Positions 1 to 9,547 are shown, numbered from the stretch's first letter. The stretch is 64,000 nucleotides of DNA from an uncultured Candidatus Saccharibacteria bacterium (GCA_964434255.1 CAYSUL010000001.1:181695-245694); one strand, 5' to 3'. Numbers and translations: made by a program. The notes: generated by a model not told the origin, from the sequence alone.

Positions 1-610
1 CCCAAAGCTCGCTCAGTCGACACGTGTTCCCATTATAATCGAACTTCACACGCGTTTCGGCGAACCGAGTGTTTTCTTCGTACGCTGGCAGGAGCGAGAT
101 GTAGAGGTAGTCCTTCTCGCTTTTGGGAATGCCATAGTCCGAGAGAAGCACAGGGCGAGGGTTCGCGAGGCGGATCAATTTCGTCTCGCCCAGCAGAAGT
201 GAGAGCCTGAGTAGCTGTCCCGTCCGCGAAAGTGCGGGCGCACGACTGCTATCTTCCATGGATTGAAGGACGCTCAACCCGGGAATCACCTTCGGGACAA
301 CGTCCCGAGTCATGTACCGTAACCCATAATCCAGCGCCGAGCCCGTCTGCGGAAAGAACGGGAACATGATATGAGGCTTCGTTTCATCGAAGCGCTTTAT
401 ATCGTATTCGAGCGGCTTATTCGGTTCTTGAGGCTTAGGCGCCACGATGCTGTACAGCAGCTCGCGAGTGGACTCAGGGACGAGCAGTTCCGGTGCGCCG
501 AAGACCATGGGAAAGGATCCCGTATACTTCTCCACCGGTTCCATCGCTTCTTCAAATTCAGCATCTTTCACATCCGCAGCGGCGGCATCGCGGGTCTTGT
601 CATCACTCAT
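1..610 (-). CDS. hypothetical protein, 5' part only (runs off window start; ATG at 610..608, MSDDKTRDAAAADVKDAEFEEAM...)
   Basis: Open minus-frame of 203 codons from ATG at 610 to position 1 with no stop. Not S14/S8, which normally follow L5. Preceded by the rplE terminator. Confidence 0.45.
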   Translation of the reverse strand, partial: MSDDKTRDAAAADVKDAEFEEAMEPVEKYTGSFPMVFGAPELLVPESTRELLYSIVAPKPQEPNKPLEYDIKRFDETKPHIMFPFFPQTGSALDYGLRYMTRDVVPKVIPGLSVLQSMEDSSRAPALSRTGQLLRLSLLLGETKLIRLANPRPVLLSDYGIPKSEKDYLYISLLPAYEENTRFAETRVKFDYNGNTCRLSELW

Positions 611-699
611 CACGTTTCTCCCCATATCGGTGGCCTGTCGGCCATGTTGATCCGGGGCCACTGTACCACTTTTCCGGAAAAACGAGTGATTTATGAAGA

Positions 700-730
700 A
701 AGCCCCCGGACGCAAATCCGGGAGCTTTCC
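700..730 (-). terminator. Rho-independent terminator after rplE
   Basis: GC hairpin gcccccgga-cgcaaa-tccgggagc followed by a T-run on the minus strand, immediately downstream of the L5 stop. Confidence 0.6.
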
Positions 731-742
731 TTGACGGCTTAT

Positions 743-1285
743 CTACGCCTCAACAGCGACTTTCAGTGGAAGGCCGAGGTGACGGAAGAATGCTTCTGCC
801 TCTTCCTTGGTCTTTGCGGTAGTCACGAGCGTGATAGCGAGGCCGAACACATCCTTGAGGTCCTCGTCGGAGGTCTCGGGGAAGATGGTGTTGTCCTTGA
901 TGCCGATGGTGAGGTTGCCCATATCGTCTATCGCGGTCGCGTTGAGGCCACGGAAGTCGCGCGTACGAGGGAGTGCGATGTGTATGAGCTTGTCGAGGAA
1001 GTCGTTCATGCGGTTGCCGCGCATGGTGACCTGGTACCCGACGACGTCGCCCTGGCGCATCTTGAACTGCGCGATGGACTGCTTAGCGGCACGAGGCGAT
1101 GCCTTCTGGCCCGTGATGCGTGCGAGACGCTCCTCGATGACCGCCTTGCGGTTCTTATCCGCCTTACCCACACCAGTGGAGACGATTATTTTCACGAGGC
1201 GCGGGGACGCGAAGACGTTCGTATAGCCGAACTTCTCCTTAAGGGAATCGAATGCGCTCGCCTGTTTTTCTTTTGAGATGATCAT
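743..1285 (-). CDS. rplE: 50S ribosomal protein L5
   Basis: 180 aa. FKMRQGDVVGYQVTMRGNRM motif and position after L24. Confidence 0.95.
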   Translation of the reverse strand: MIISKEKQASAFDSLKEKFGYTNVFASPRLVKIIVSTGVGKADKNRKAVIEERLARITGQKASPRAAKQSIAQFKMRQGDVVGYQVTMRGNRMNDFLDKLIHIALPRTRDFRGLNATAIDDMGNLTIGIKDNTIFPETSDEDLKDVFGLAITLVTTAKTKEEAEAFFRHLGLPLKVAVEA

Positions 1286-1295
1286 AAATAGTTGC

Positions 1296-1640
1296 TTACG
1301 CGAGTGCGGTGCCGCTCTTCACGGTGACGCGGGTGTTCTTCCCGTCCTTGATCTCGCGCTTCACGCGGGTTCCCTTCTTGTCCTTGGGGTCCTGCACCAT
1401 CACATTGCTGATGGCGATAGCGCGCGGGCGCTCGACGATGCGACCGGACTGGCCGCGGCCGGCGCTCTTCAAGTGGCGCTTCACCATACCGACGCCGTCG
1501 ACGACGATTTTCGCCTCCTGAGGAAGTACGCGGGCTACCTGCCCTACTTTGCCCTTATCCTTGCCCGAAACCACGATGACATGGTCACCTTTCTTGATTT
1601 TGAACTTGGCGGTCTGCTTACCAGCTGATGCTTTAGACAT
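1296..1640 (-). CDS. rplX: 50S ribosomal protein L24
   Basis: 114 aa. KOW motif KKGDHVIVVSGKDKGKVG. Confidence 0.93.
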   Translation of the reverse strand: MSKASAGKQTAKFKIKKGDHVIVVSGKDKGKVGQVARVLPQEAKIVVDGVGMVKRHLKSAGRGQSGRIVERPRAIAISNVMVQDPKDKKGTRVKREIKDGKNTRVTVKSGTALA

Positions 1641-1651
1641 ATTGAAATTGG

Positions 1652-2029
1652 TTAGACGACCTCAGGCGCGAGTGACGCGATGTTCTGCCATCCCTTTTCG
1701 ACCAGGTCGCGCGGTACCGGACCGAAGACGCGGTTCCCCTTCGGACCCATCTCCTTACCCTGCTTCTCGATGAGCACGACAGCGTTGTCATCGAACTTCA
1801 CATAGATGCCGTTAGCACGGCGGAAGGGCTTCCTCTGGCGCACGACGACCGCCTTGTATATGTCCTTCTTCTTTACCGCCTTGCGAGGCTGCGCAGTCTG
1901 GACCGATACGACAACGACATCGCCTATCTCGGCGTAGCGGCGCTTCGAGCCCCCAAGCACCTTGAAGACGCGCGCAACGGTGGCGCCTGAATTGTCTGCA
2001 ACTTTAACGATGGACTGGGGCTGTACCAT
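1652..2029 (-). CDS. rplN: 50S ribosomal protein L14
   Basis: 125 aa. MVQPQSIVKVADNSGA start and typical L14 sequence. Confidence 0.95.
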   Translation of the reverse strand: MVQPQSIVKVADNSGATVARVFKVLGGSKRRYAEIGDVVVVSVQTAQPRKAVKKKDIYKAVVVRQRKPFRRANGIYVKFDDNAVVLIEKQGKEMGPKGNRVFGPVPRDLVEKGWQNIASLAPEVV

Positions 2030-2035
2030 AAAAGT

Positions 2036-2278
2036 TTATTTAGCGATCTTGAACGACTTACGCTTCGAGATGGGGCGGGTAGCTACAATAGTGACCGCAT
2101 CTCCCACAGCAACGGTGTTGCCTGGGTCATCGACGAGGAACTTCTGCGTCTTCACCTGGTACTTCTTGTACTTCGGGTGCTTCACGTAGCGGGATACGGC
2201 GACCGTGGCCGTGTCCTTCATGGCCGTCTTGACGACGGTTCCGGTGAAGGTCTGGGGCTTGGAGATGTTGGTGTCCAT
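2036..2278 (-). CDS. rpsQ: 30S ribosomal protein S17
   Basis: 80 aa. FTGTVVKTAMKDTATVAV and position. Confidence 0.9.
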   Translation of the reverse strand: MDTNISKPQTFTGTVVKTAMKDTATVAVSRYVKHPKYKKYQVKTQKFLVDDPGNTVAVGDAVTIVATRPISKRKSFKIAK

Positions 2279-2286
2279 AGTAAGTA

Positions 2287-2484
2287 TTATACGGTCTTAG
2301 TCTTTACGGTCATTTCCGTCAAGATGCGTGCGATATCCTTGCGAACCTTGCCTGCGTGGTTCACGTCCTTCACGCGAGCACCGGTAGCGGCAAAACGGGC
2401 CTGGCGAAGCTCTTCACGCTTCTCGCCCAGAAGCTTCTTGAGCTCCTCCATGTCCTTTTCCTTGAATGAGATTTTCTTAGCCAT
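2287..2484 (-). CDS. rpmC: 50S ribosomal protein L29
   Basis: 65 aa. ELRQARFAATGARVKDV helical pattern, between L16 and S17. Confidence 0.85.
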   Translation of the reverse strand: MAKKISFKEKDMEELKKLLGEKREELRQARFAATGARVKDVNHAGKVRKDIARILTEMTVKTKTV

Positions 2485-2490
2485 ATGAGT

Positions 2491-2913
2491 TTAGCCGCGG
2501 GTGACGACGGTCGTCTTTAGAGGAAGCTTCGCGCCCGCACGGCGGAGCGCATCGCGCGCCTTCACGTCCTCCACACCATCGAGCTCGAAGAGCACGCGGC
2601 CTGGACGCACCTCGAATACGAAATGCTTGGGGTCACCCTTACCCTTACCCATGCCCACCTCAGCAGGCTTGTTGGTGATTGGACGGTCCGGGAAGATGCG
2701 GATCCAGAGCTTACCACCCTTTCCCGTAACGCGGGTAAGCACCTTACGAGCAGCCTCGATCTGGTTCGAGGTGATGCGGGACGGGGTCGTCGCCTTGAGG
2801 CCATAGGAACCGAAGGCCACGGTGATGCCGCGGGTCTCAGGACGCGCAAGACGCTCCGGGGACTTGCGTCCGGTCTGCCACTTGCGATGCTTTACCTTTT
2901 TCGGGAACAACAT
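2491..2913 (-). CDS. rplP: 50S ribosomal protein L16
   Basis: 140 aa. MLFPKKVKHRKWQTGR start. Confidence 0.95.
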   Translation of the reverse strand: MLFPKKVKHRKWQTGRKSPERLARPETRGITVAFGSYGLKATTPSRITSNQIEAARKVLTRVTGKGGKLWIRIFPDRPITNKPAEVGMGKGKGDPKHFVFEVRPGRVLFELDGVEDVKARDALRRAGAKLPLKTTVVTRG

Positions 2914-2920
2914 ACCAGTA

Positions 2921-3619
2921 TTATTTAGCGGCTGCGGCGCGAGGCGTCGCTACGCGATCCTTCTCGTTGAAGGTCTCGCCGAGGTAGATCCACACCTTGA
3001 TGCCGATGGTGCCGTACGGGAGGAACGCGCGCTCCTCTGCGTACCCGATGTTCGCGCGGAAGGTCTGGAGCGGGATACGACCCCGCTTTATCTGCTCGGT
3101 GCGGCTCATATCAGCGCCACCGAGGCGACCCGACACGATAACACGTACGCCCAGCACCTCACGGACCGCCATGACCTTCTCCACCGTCGACTTGAGCACG
3201 CGGCGGAACGGCATGCGCTTCTCGAGGCCTTCAGCGACCATGTATGCAACGACTGCCGCATCGGTCTCCGGCTGGCGAATCTCCATGATGTCGAGCTTCA
3301 CGGCACGTGCGGGCGCCGGAGAGAGCTTCTTCACGAGCTTTGTGAGCTCGGTGCGGAGCTTGGTGGCGTTCTCACCCGAGCGACCGATGACGAGGCCTGG
3401 GCGCGCGGTGTGGAGGATGACACGGACCTCGGCTGCGGTGCGCTCTATCTCGATGTCGGAAATGTACATCGAGCGGAGCTTCTTCTTGAGGTATGCACGG
3501 ATAGCCGCATCCACCGCGAGGTTCTCGCGGAAGGACTTCTTGTCGGTAGCGAACCAACGGCTCTTCCAATCACGGATGATGCCGAGGCGGTGCGCGTAAG
3601 GATGTACGGTGTGAGTCAT
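2921..3619 (-). CDS. rpsC: 30S ribosomal protein S3
   Basis: 232 aa. KH domain GLVIGRSGENATKLR. Confidence 0.95.
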   Translation of the reverse strand: MTHTVHPYAHRLGIIRDWKSRWFATDKKSFRENLAVDAAIRAYLKKKLRSMYISDIEIERTAAEVRVILHTARPGLVIGRSGENATKLRTELTKLVKKLSPAPARAVKLDIMEIRQPETDAAVVAYMVAEGLEKRMPFRRVLKSTVEKVMAVREVLGVRVIVSGRLGGADMSRTEQIKRGRIPLQTFRANIGYAEERAFLPYGTIGIKVWIYLGETFNEKDRVATPRAAAAK

Positions 3620-3627
3620 ATCGAAAG

Positions 3628-4017
3628 TTATGCAGCTGCCTTCTTATCGGCCCTAAGCGTCACGATGACGCGGCTACGGCGCTTGCGGATGGGCGCTGCA
3701 CGGCCCATGGCGCGCGGCATGTAGCGCACGAGCATGCCGGCGGAGTCGACGCGGATGTCGGAGACGCGGAGGGTCTCGACGTCCTCCCCTTTCTGCTTGG
3801 CGTTAGCTGCTGCGGACTCGATGAGCTTCTTTATAGGAAGGGATGCGCGCTTCGGGAGGAAGGCGAGGGCGTTCACGGCATCGGTCACGGACTTGCCCTT
3901 CACGAGGTCGGTCACAAGACGCACCTTGCGGGGCGACTGGTTGTACGTGGAAAGTTCCGCAGTAGCTGCGGACGGCACGCGCGCGACCTTATTCTTCTGG
4001 GTTCCTTTGGATGCCAT
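3628..4017 (-). CDS. rplV: 50S ribosomal protein L22 (N-terminal extension)
   Basis: 129 aa. RKVRLVTDLVKGKSVTDAV motif. Confidence 0.9.
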   Translation of the reverse strand: MASKGTQKNKVARVPSAATAELSTYNQSPRKVRLVTDLVKGKSVTDAVNALAFLPKRASLPIKKLIESAAANAKQKGEDVETLRVSDIRVDSAGMLVRYMPRAMGRAAPIRKRRSRVIVTLRADKKAAA

Positions 4018-4020
4018 AGA

Positions 4021-4368
4021 TTATTTCTTCTTGGCAGGAGCAGGAGCGGCCTTAGCAGCCTTTGCAGCTGCGATCTCGGTCTGCTGCTTCTTCTGCTCAA
4101 GCTGCTTCTGCATCTTACCTCCGTGACGGACGAACTTCTTGGTCGGGGAGAATTCCCCAAGGCGGTGCCCTACCATCTCTTCCGAGACGAGGACCTCCAC
4201 GTGGCTCTTGCCATTGTGGACGCCGAAGGTGAATCCGACCATTTCAGGCGCAATCTGGCTCCTACGTGCCCACGTCTTAATGACCCCCGCGGAGGCGGGT
4301 TTCTTGTCCTGGATCTTCTTCATGAGCTTTACGTCCACGAAGGGTCCTTTCTTGAGTGATCGAGACAT
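4021..4368 (-). CDS. rpsS: 30S ribosomal protein S19 with Lys/Ala-rich C-terminal tail
   Basis: 115 aa. [11 protein letters not shown] start and GHRLGEF motif, plus a ~25-aa tail [28 protein letters not shown]. Confidence 0.93.
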   Translation of the reverse strand: MSRSLKKGPFVDVKLMKKIQDKKPASAGVIKTWARRSQIAPEMVGFTFGVHNGKSHVEVLVSEEMVGHRLGEFSPTKKFVRHGGKMQKQLEQKKQQTEIAAAKAAKAAPAPAKKK

Positions 4369-4376
4369 GGGTAACT

Positions 4377-4396
4377 AAAAGCCCGCTGCGCGGGAT
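4377..4396 (-). terminator. Hairpin plus T-run directly upstream of the rpsS start (terminator of the inserted region, or an attenuator)
   Basis: cccgc-gcag-cgggc stem followed by TTTTAG on the minus strand, 9 nt before the rpsS ATG. Confidence 0.4.
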
Positions 4397-4434
4397 AGGT
4401 AAAATCTATATGAAACGGCGGTCGGTGTCAAACT

Positions 4435-4968
4435 TTGGGCCTCTATGCTAGGGTTTTTACGGATCGCAACACGGAGGAGGCCATGACAAGCCCCAGAAAT
4501 CGTACTGAGTATGCACGCAGGATCGGCACTTTGGCCACCCTGCGGACGACCAACCCCCAGCATCTCGGACGTCTCATCGCCCAGCGACGGGTACGGCGAG
4601 GACGCCAGTGGCTTGACCGCCATGGCCCACGCGGCTGGCACCGGAACCTGTTCGAGCCTAATCCGGGCGGCTCACGCTTCCGAGCGAAGGACTGTAGGGG
4701 AAGTGAATGCGTACTTTCCCTCGCGTTCGAGTTTGCCGTGGGCGCGAAGAACGCCCACGGCGAGCTTACCTTCGCCGTGGTAGAGGCGCACTTCGAGAAG
4801 GAACTTGGCGGAAATCGAGCGGGGCTTCTCGGGTTCGAGATCGGGATCCCCTTCCACAAGCGCAACCCGAACGTCACGATCGCGAGCGAGGAGCTCGATC
4901 GGTGCTGGGAAGATGAACTCCGGCATTATCATCACCGATGGTCACACATTCTAAAGGCCGTCGCCTAA
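4435..4968 (+). pseudogene. Doubtful ORF or decayed gene. C-terminal ~75 aa look protein-like; the N-terminal half is Arg/Trp-rich and implausible.
   Basis: Higher GC3 than the overlapping minus ORF 4672..4935. Followed by a plus-strand terminator at 4975..5004. No convincing start. Confidence 0.25.
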
Positions 4969-4974
4969 GGAAGC

Positions 4975-5004
4975 ACGGGGCCCCGCCGTACGCGGGGCCT
5001 TTTC
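4975..5004 (+). terminator. Rho-independent terminator
   Basis: cggggccccgcc-gta-cgcggggcc followed by TTTTCC. Confidence 0.55.
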
Positions 5005-5028
5005 CTGTTCCGGGTCTATACTGATCGC

Positions 5029-5835
5029 ATGGACATCAAGAACCCTTCATTCATCGGTGCTCTCGGCTTCGTGGCTCTCGTGCTCGGACTTACCGGCTGG
5101 TATATGGCCACCCATCCGGCTCCGGTAGCTCCTATTGTCGAGGAAGAACCGTCTGCGCTTGAATCGGAAACCCCAAAGAATATGCGCGAGAATTCCAAGT
5201 ACTACACCATCGACGTCACCTACCCCACCCACATCTCGTTCCCCCTTAGCAGCCGCAGCGACGCAGGAGTCGGTGCAGAAAACACAATGAAAACATGGGT
5301 CGATAGCGCAGTCACTGAATTCAAGGCATATGCAAAAGAGAACGAGGCGGCAATTGAGGATTTCGCGAACCGAGGTGATGAGATTCCGGCTACCCTAAGC
5401 TCCTCCGAGCTTTCCATAACCTATGGGAAGAAGAGCAGCGAACGCACCGTTACCTATGTATTCACCTCCGCAAGCTACACAGGCGGAGCGCACGGCATAG
5501 CGGTGCCCGTAACCTTCACCTTCGACAAAACAACGGGAGCGCAGATCGAGCTCGCTGACCTGTTCACCGCAGGGAGCGGCTATCTGTATCGTCTTTCAGA
5601 AATCTCCCGTGCCGACCTCCCGAAGATAATGGGAGGATTCTCTGAGTCCGGATTCATTGCCGAGGGCACTATGCCAAGAGACGTGCACTTCCAAGCCTTC
5701 TATCTCGAGGGCGACACCCTTACATTCCTCTTCGCTCCGTACCAGGTCGGCCCGTACTCGCTCGGTACTGTGACGCTTCCCATAAAGCTTTCGCGCCTAA
5801 ATGATATTCTAAAGGCCGAGTACCGTGCAGAATAA
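5029..5835 (+). CDS. DUF3298/DUF4163-like (RsiV / anti-sigma-V-like, PdaC-like) membrane-anchored protein
   Basis: 268 aa with an N-terminal TM segment. The C-terminal YQVGPYSLGTVTLPIKLS block resembles DUF3298. TATACT box 7 nt upstream, so possibly leaderless. Confidence 0.6.
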   Translation: MDIKNPSFIGALGFVALVLGLTGWYMATHPAPVAPIVEEEPSALESETPKNMRENSKYYTIDVTYPTHISFPLSSRSDAGVGAENTMKTWVDSAVTEFKAYAKENEAAIEDFANRGDEIPATLSSSELSITYGKKSSERTVTYVFTSASYTGGAHGIAVPVTFTFDKTTGAQIELADLFTAGSGYLYRLSEISRADLPKIMGGFSESGFIAEGTMPRDVHFQAFYLEGDTLTFLFAPYQVGPYSLGTVTLPIKLSRLNDILKAEYRAE

Positions 5836-5874
5836 TCCTCTGCTAGACTTTGATCAGAGGCTTGGAGAGCGAAA

Positions 5875-6093
5875 ATGTGTGAATATTGCGGCCCAACAGA
5901 CGGGAAACACGAACGTGTCAGGCCAGATCTCCTGGCTGAGATGCGCAGATTCAACGAAGTCGAGGCTGCGCGCCGCGGCCTCACCATGGAGGAATTCCAG
6001 GACGGGGACTATCTCGTGAGTCCAAAGAATAGGATCTTCTCGTGGTTCGAGGACGCTTGGGTGAACCTTCGACTCCTCAAACCAGGACTTTAA
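5875..6093 (+). CDS. small hypothetical protein with N-terminal CxxC (MCEYCGPTDGKHE...)
   Basis: 72 aa. GGAGAG Shine-Dalgarno 6 nt upstream and terminator right after. Confidence 0.5.
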   Translation: MCEYCGPTDGKHERVRPDLLAEMRRFNEVEAARRGLTMEEFQDGDYLVSPKNRIFSWFEDAWVNLRLLKPGL

Positions 6094-6101
6094 CGCCACA
6101 G

Positions 6102-6132
6102 AAAAGGCCCGCCATCCGGCGGGCCTTTTTCC
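6102..6132. terminator. Bidirectional Rho-independent terminator
   Basis: aaaaggcccgcc-atcc-ggcgggccttttt with A/T runs on both sides. Lies between the 5875..6093 ORF (+) and rplB (-). Confidence 0.7.
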
Positions 6133-6150
6133 TTTGCGAAACGCGCTTCT

Positions 6151-6996
6151 CTATCCTCGCTTCTTGCCAACCTTTCGGCGCGAAACGATGAACTTGTTGG
6201 AGTGCTTCTTCGGCGTGCGGGTCTTCTGTCCCTTGCCGGTCGGCTTGCCCCACATGCTCTTTGCACGGCGGAGTCCGCGACCCTGCTTACCTTCACCACC
6301 TCCGTGAGGGTGGTCTACCGGGTTCATGGCGGTACCACGGACCGTAGGGCGGATACCCTTCCAGCGCGACTTACCGGCCTTTCCGTATACCTCAAGGCGC
6401 TTCTCCTCGTTACCAACGGCACCGATGGATGCGAAGCAACGCTCGGAGATCTTGCGGATCTCGGTCGAAGGAAGCTTCACCTGGGCGTATCCCGCGTCAT
6501 GCGCGACCACTTCCGCATAGTTACCAGCGGAGCGTGCGATGCGAGCACCTGCGCCTGCCTGAAGCTCCACGTTGTATATGAAGGTACCGGACGGTATCTT
6601 GCCGAGCGGCATACGGTTACCGATCTTCACGGGCACGTTGTCTCCGACAACGAACGAATCGCCGACCTTGAGCTCCTTTGGAAGGGTCACATAGCGGCGT
6701 GCGCCGTCAGCGTAGAGGGCGCGGCCGATGAACGCAGTGCGATACGGATCGTACTCAACGGTCTCGATCTTTGCAGGGATGTCACGCTTGTCGTACTTGA
6801 AATCGACATCGCGGAGACGGCGCTTGGACCCCCCGCCCTGGTGGCGCGTAGTGATGCGGCCCGCATTGTTGCGGCCAGCACGGTTCTTGTTGGCCGAGAG
6901 CAGGCTCTTGAACGGCTTGTCACCCGAAAGCACGCCCTTGTACGTGACAACGGTCATCTGGCGGCGGCTCTTGGAGGTTGGCTTGAATGATTTCAT
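6151..6996 (-). CDS. rplB: 50S ribosomal protein L2
   Basis: 281 aa. VDHPHGGGEGK and GRNNAGRIT motifs. Confidence 0.96.
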   Translation of the reverse strand: MKSFKPTSKSRRQMTVVTYKGVLSGDKPFKSLLSANKNRAGRNNAGRITTRHQGGGSKRRLRDVDFKYDKRDIPAKIETVEYDPYRTAFIGRALYADGARRYVTLPKELKVGDSFVVGDNVPVKIGNRMPLGKIPSGTFIYNVELQAGAGARIARSAGNYAEVVAHDAGYAQVKLPSTEIRKISERCFASIGAVGNEEKRLEVYGKAGKSRWKGIRPTVRGTAMNPVDHPHGGGEGKQGRGLRRAKSMWGKPTGKGQKTRTPKKHSNKFIVSRRKVGKKRG

Positions 6997-7006
6997 ATTT
7001 CAAATG

Positions 7007-7375
7007 CTATGCGAACGTGATGCTCTCCCCCTTCTTGAGGTATACGTACGCCTTGTGGCGGCGAGCACGCGTGCCGACACCGCGCTTCGTGCGCATCGAG
7101 ACCTTCTTCGCAGGAAGGTTCACCATGTTCACCTTCACCGGAGTGACTTTGTATATCTTTTCGATAGCATTCATCACGTCGTGCTTGGTGACTGCAGGAG
7201 GAACCTCGAAGACATAGACGCCGTTCTCGGTGCCGATGAGCGCCTTCTCGGAGAACCAAGGGGCCTTGAGGACGTTCGCGATGCGATCGTCAGTAGGGTT
7301 GAGGACGCCGCGGCGTACCGGCGCCTTGGAAACGCGTACCTTCTTCGTATTCTTGTCGGATGAGAAAAGTGCCAT
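7007..7375 (-). CDS. rplW: 50S ribosomal protein L23 (N-terminal extension)
   Basis: 122 aa. Position between L4 and L2 and the KVNMVNLPAKKV motif. Confidence 0.88.
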   Translation of the reverse strand: MALFSSDKNTKKVRVSKAPVRRGVLNPTDDRIANVLKAPWFSEKALIGTENGVYVFEVPPAVTKHDVMNAIEKIYKVTPVKVNMVNLPAKKVSMRTKRGVGTRARRHKAYVYLKKGESITFA

Positions 7376-7381
7376 ATACGT

Positions 7382-8161
7382 TTATTTAGAGAGACGGGCG
7401 GACAGGACCGGAAGCGAGACCGCTGGGTTCTCGATAACGAGGAACTTCTTGTTCATGAGGTCGACTGGGTTCAGGTTGCGCACCTCCTCCGTCATGAGAT
7501 GACCCATGTTGCGGAACGACTTCTCAATGTTCGCGTCCTTCTGCGAGAGCGCGACTACTGCGGCATTCTTGCGCTTGGTGACGAGACCCTGCATCCCGGA
7601 TGCGTTCGCGATTGCGATGAGCGCGTTCTTAGCGTCCTTCGTTGCGGGCTTGCCGAGCGAAAGAGAATCAACGAAGACAATCTCGCCATCCCTCCACTTG
7701 CGTGAGAGTACGGATGCGAGCGCTGCGGCACGCATCTTGCGGTTGATTTTCACCGCGTATATTTTCTCTGCGCGTGGACCATGGGTCACACCGCCGCCCT
7801 TCCATATTGGGGAACGGTTGGAACCGTGACGAGCGCGGCCGGTACCCTTCTGCTTCCATGGCTTCTTACCACCTCCGGACACTTCACCGCGGAACTTGGT
7901 GTGCGCGATGGTAGGGCGAGCGTTCGCCTGCATACCGACCACGACCTGGTGCACGAGGTCTGCCTTCCACGGCTGAGCAAAGAGCTCCGCTGGAAGCGCG
8001 ATGGTGCCAGCAGACGCTCCCTTCATGTTGTAGATGGTGGCTTCGGACGCCGAGACGACCTTCTTCTCCGCCTTAGGCGAAGCCTCAGCCGTGACCACCT
8101 TCTTAGGTGCGGTCTTCTTGGCTGGAGCCTTCTTCGCGACGGTTTTCTTTACGGTTGCCAT
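7382..8161 (-). CDS. rplD: 50S ribosomal protein L4 with ~50-aa Lys/Ala-rich N-terminal extension
   Basis: 259 aa. GTGRARHGS and PIWKGGGVTHGP motifs. Confidence 0.93.
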   Translation of the reverse strand: MATVKKTVAKKAPAKKTAPKKVVTAEASPKAEKKVVSASEATIYNMKGASAGTIALPAELFAQPWKADLVHQVVVGMQANARPTIAHTKFRGEVSGGGKKPWKQKGTGRARHGSNRSPIWKGGGVTHGPRAEKIYAVKINRKMRAAALASVLSRKWRDGEIVFVDSLSLGKPATKDAKNALIAIANASGMQGLVTKRKNAAVVALSQKDANIEKSFRNMGHLMTEEVRNLNPVDLMNKKFLVIENPAVSLPVLSARLSK

Positions 8162-8171
8162 AGTATTAAAA

Positions 8172-8795
8172 TTACGCGTTCTGGCTTATGACCTCGACGA
8201 GCGAGCCGGGAGCTCCCGGGATAGCACCCGAGATGAGGATTTCGCCGCGGGTCGTATCGACACGAAGGACCTTCAGGTTCGAGACGCTTATACGATTCCC
8301 GCCCATGCGTCCACCCATGCGCATACCCTTCGCGACGCGACCGCCGGCACGACCACCACCACCAATCGAACCTGGCTCGCGCTCGGAGTGCTTCTGACCG
8401 TGAGAGCGACGACCACCATGGAACCCATGGCGCTTCACTACGCCCGCGAAGCCGCGACCCTTCACAGTACCTGAAACAGTGACGACGTCACCCTCTGCAA
8501 ACACGTCAGGAGTTATCTCCGTACCAACAGCGAGCTCTCCCGCCTCAGTACGGAACTCCTTCATACCCTTGAATGCCTTGCCCTTGGTGTGGCCAAGTTG
8601 GGCCTTATTCACGCGCGCTTCCTTTTGCGTCCCGAAACCGACCTGGACGGCAGAATAGCCATCGGTTTCCGGGGTCTTCACCTGGGTCACCTCCAAAGGA
8701 CCGGTCTTAAGGATGGTGCACGCCGAAACACGCCCGTCTTCATGGAAGATCTGGGTCATGCGGTCCTTGCGGGCGATGAGGAATTTCATGGGCAA
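8172..8795 (-). CDS. rplC: 50S ribosomal protein L3
   Basis: 207 aa. Typical L3 sequence with KGKGFAGVVKRHGF. Confidence 0.95.
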   Translation of the reverse strand: MPMKFLIARKDRMTQIFHEDGRVSACTILKTGPLEVTQVKTPETDGYSAVQVGFGTQKEARVNKAQLGHTKGKAFKGMKEFRTEAGELAVGTEITPDVFAEGDVVTVSGTVKGRGFAGVVKRHGFHGGRRSHGQKHSEREPGSIGGGGRAGGRVAKGMRMGGRMGGNRISVSNLKVLRVDTTRGEILISGAIPGAPGSLVEVISQNA

Positions 8796-8906
8796 AAATA
8801 AAGCGCGCCTTCAACAGCGCGTTCGGTCCGAAACGGACTTCCCGGCCATTGGTCCGGCCGGGGCCGTACGTAGCGATAGAGGCACTCTACATGACCCTTC
8901 CGGAAC

Positions 8907-9122
8907 ATGCAAATATCGCGTGCTATAGTCCAAATGTCTCGCATTCTGGCGAGATATTTGGAGGTCTTTCTCATGCGCTGGCCGAAGTGGAATATCCCCA
9001 AGGGGATGGGTGCGGGGCACATCTTCCCCGAAGCGGATGGTGTGGGCGATGGCCATGTCGAAGGCGACAGCGGCCTCAACCTGAAGCCCGTCGGCTTCAT
9101 CATCCCGGTCAAGGACGACTAG
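8907..9122 (+). CDS. small hypothetical protein (maybe starting at internal M, MSRILARYLEVF...)
   Basis: 71 aa. Plus-strand terminator directly downstream at 9143..9172. No homology recognised. Confidence 0.3.
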   Translation: MQISRAIVQMSRILARYLEVFLMRWPKWNIPKGMGAGHIFPEADGVGDGHVEGDSGLNLKPVGFIIPVKDD

Positions 9123-9142
9123 CTCGACGCCGAGCCAGTGGA

Positions 9143-9172
9143 GGCCCCGCGATCACTCGCGGGGCCTTTTCC
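9143..9172 (+). terminator. Rho-independent terminator
   Basis: ggccccgcg-atcact-cgcggggcc followed by TTTTCC. Confidence 0.6.
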
Positions 9173-9217
9173 TATGCACATGCAAACCCCCGAACCTTAC
9201 GGTCCGGGGGTCATGGG

Positions 9218-9547
9218 CTAGTATGCCCGCGCTATCGCGTCTGCGTTCCCAATCTTCCACCCGAGACGTACATATTCCCGAACGAGCTGGTCGATGAGCC
9301 GATCGCTTTCCTTCCGTTGCTGCTCGGTCATCGTCCGATTGTGTTGGCTCGCCCTCTCGTTGCGAATCTGCGCCTGGATCTCGATGAACCGGTCCCGGTC
9401 GCTCTCTCTCGCAGCATATAGCCACTTCACCATGGAAATGATGGCTTTCCCGAGCATGTGTTCCCCTCTATGGTTCGTAAACGCAAAGCGCCGCTTCCGC
9501 GGCTGGCGCACAATGAACGCCTGCATAGATTTAACCGCATTGTCCAC
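9218..9547 (-). CDS. hypothetical protein
   Basis: 109 aa, basic and helical. Sits in the insert between rplC and rpsJ. Confidence 0.35.
   Translation of the reverse strand: MDNAVKSMQAFIVRQPRKRRFAFTNHRGEHMLGKAIISMVKWLYAARESDRDRFIEIQAQIRNERASQHNRTMTEQQRKESDRLIDQLVREYVRLGWKIGNADAIARAY

Noticed and set aside
371-1276. 301-aa plus-strand ORF
   Set aside because: Antisense to rplE in a high-GC region. The product is Arg/Leu/His-rich without protein-like features, a typical GC-driven shadow ORF.
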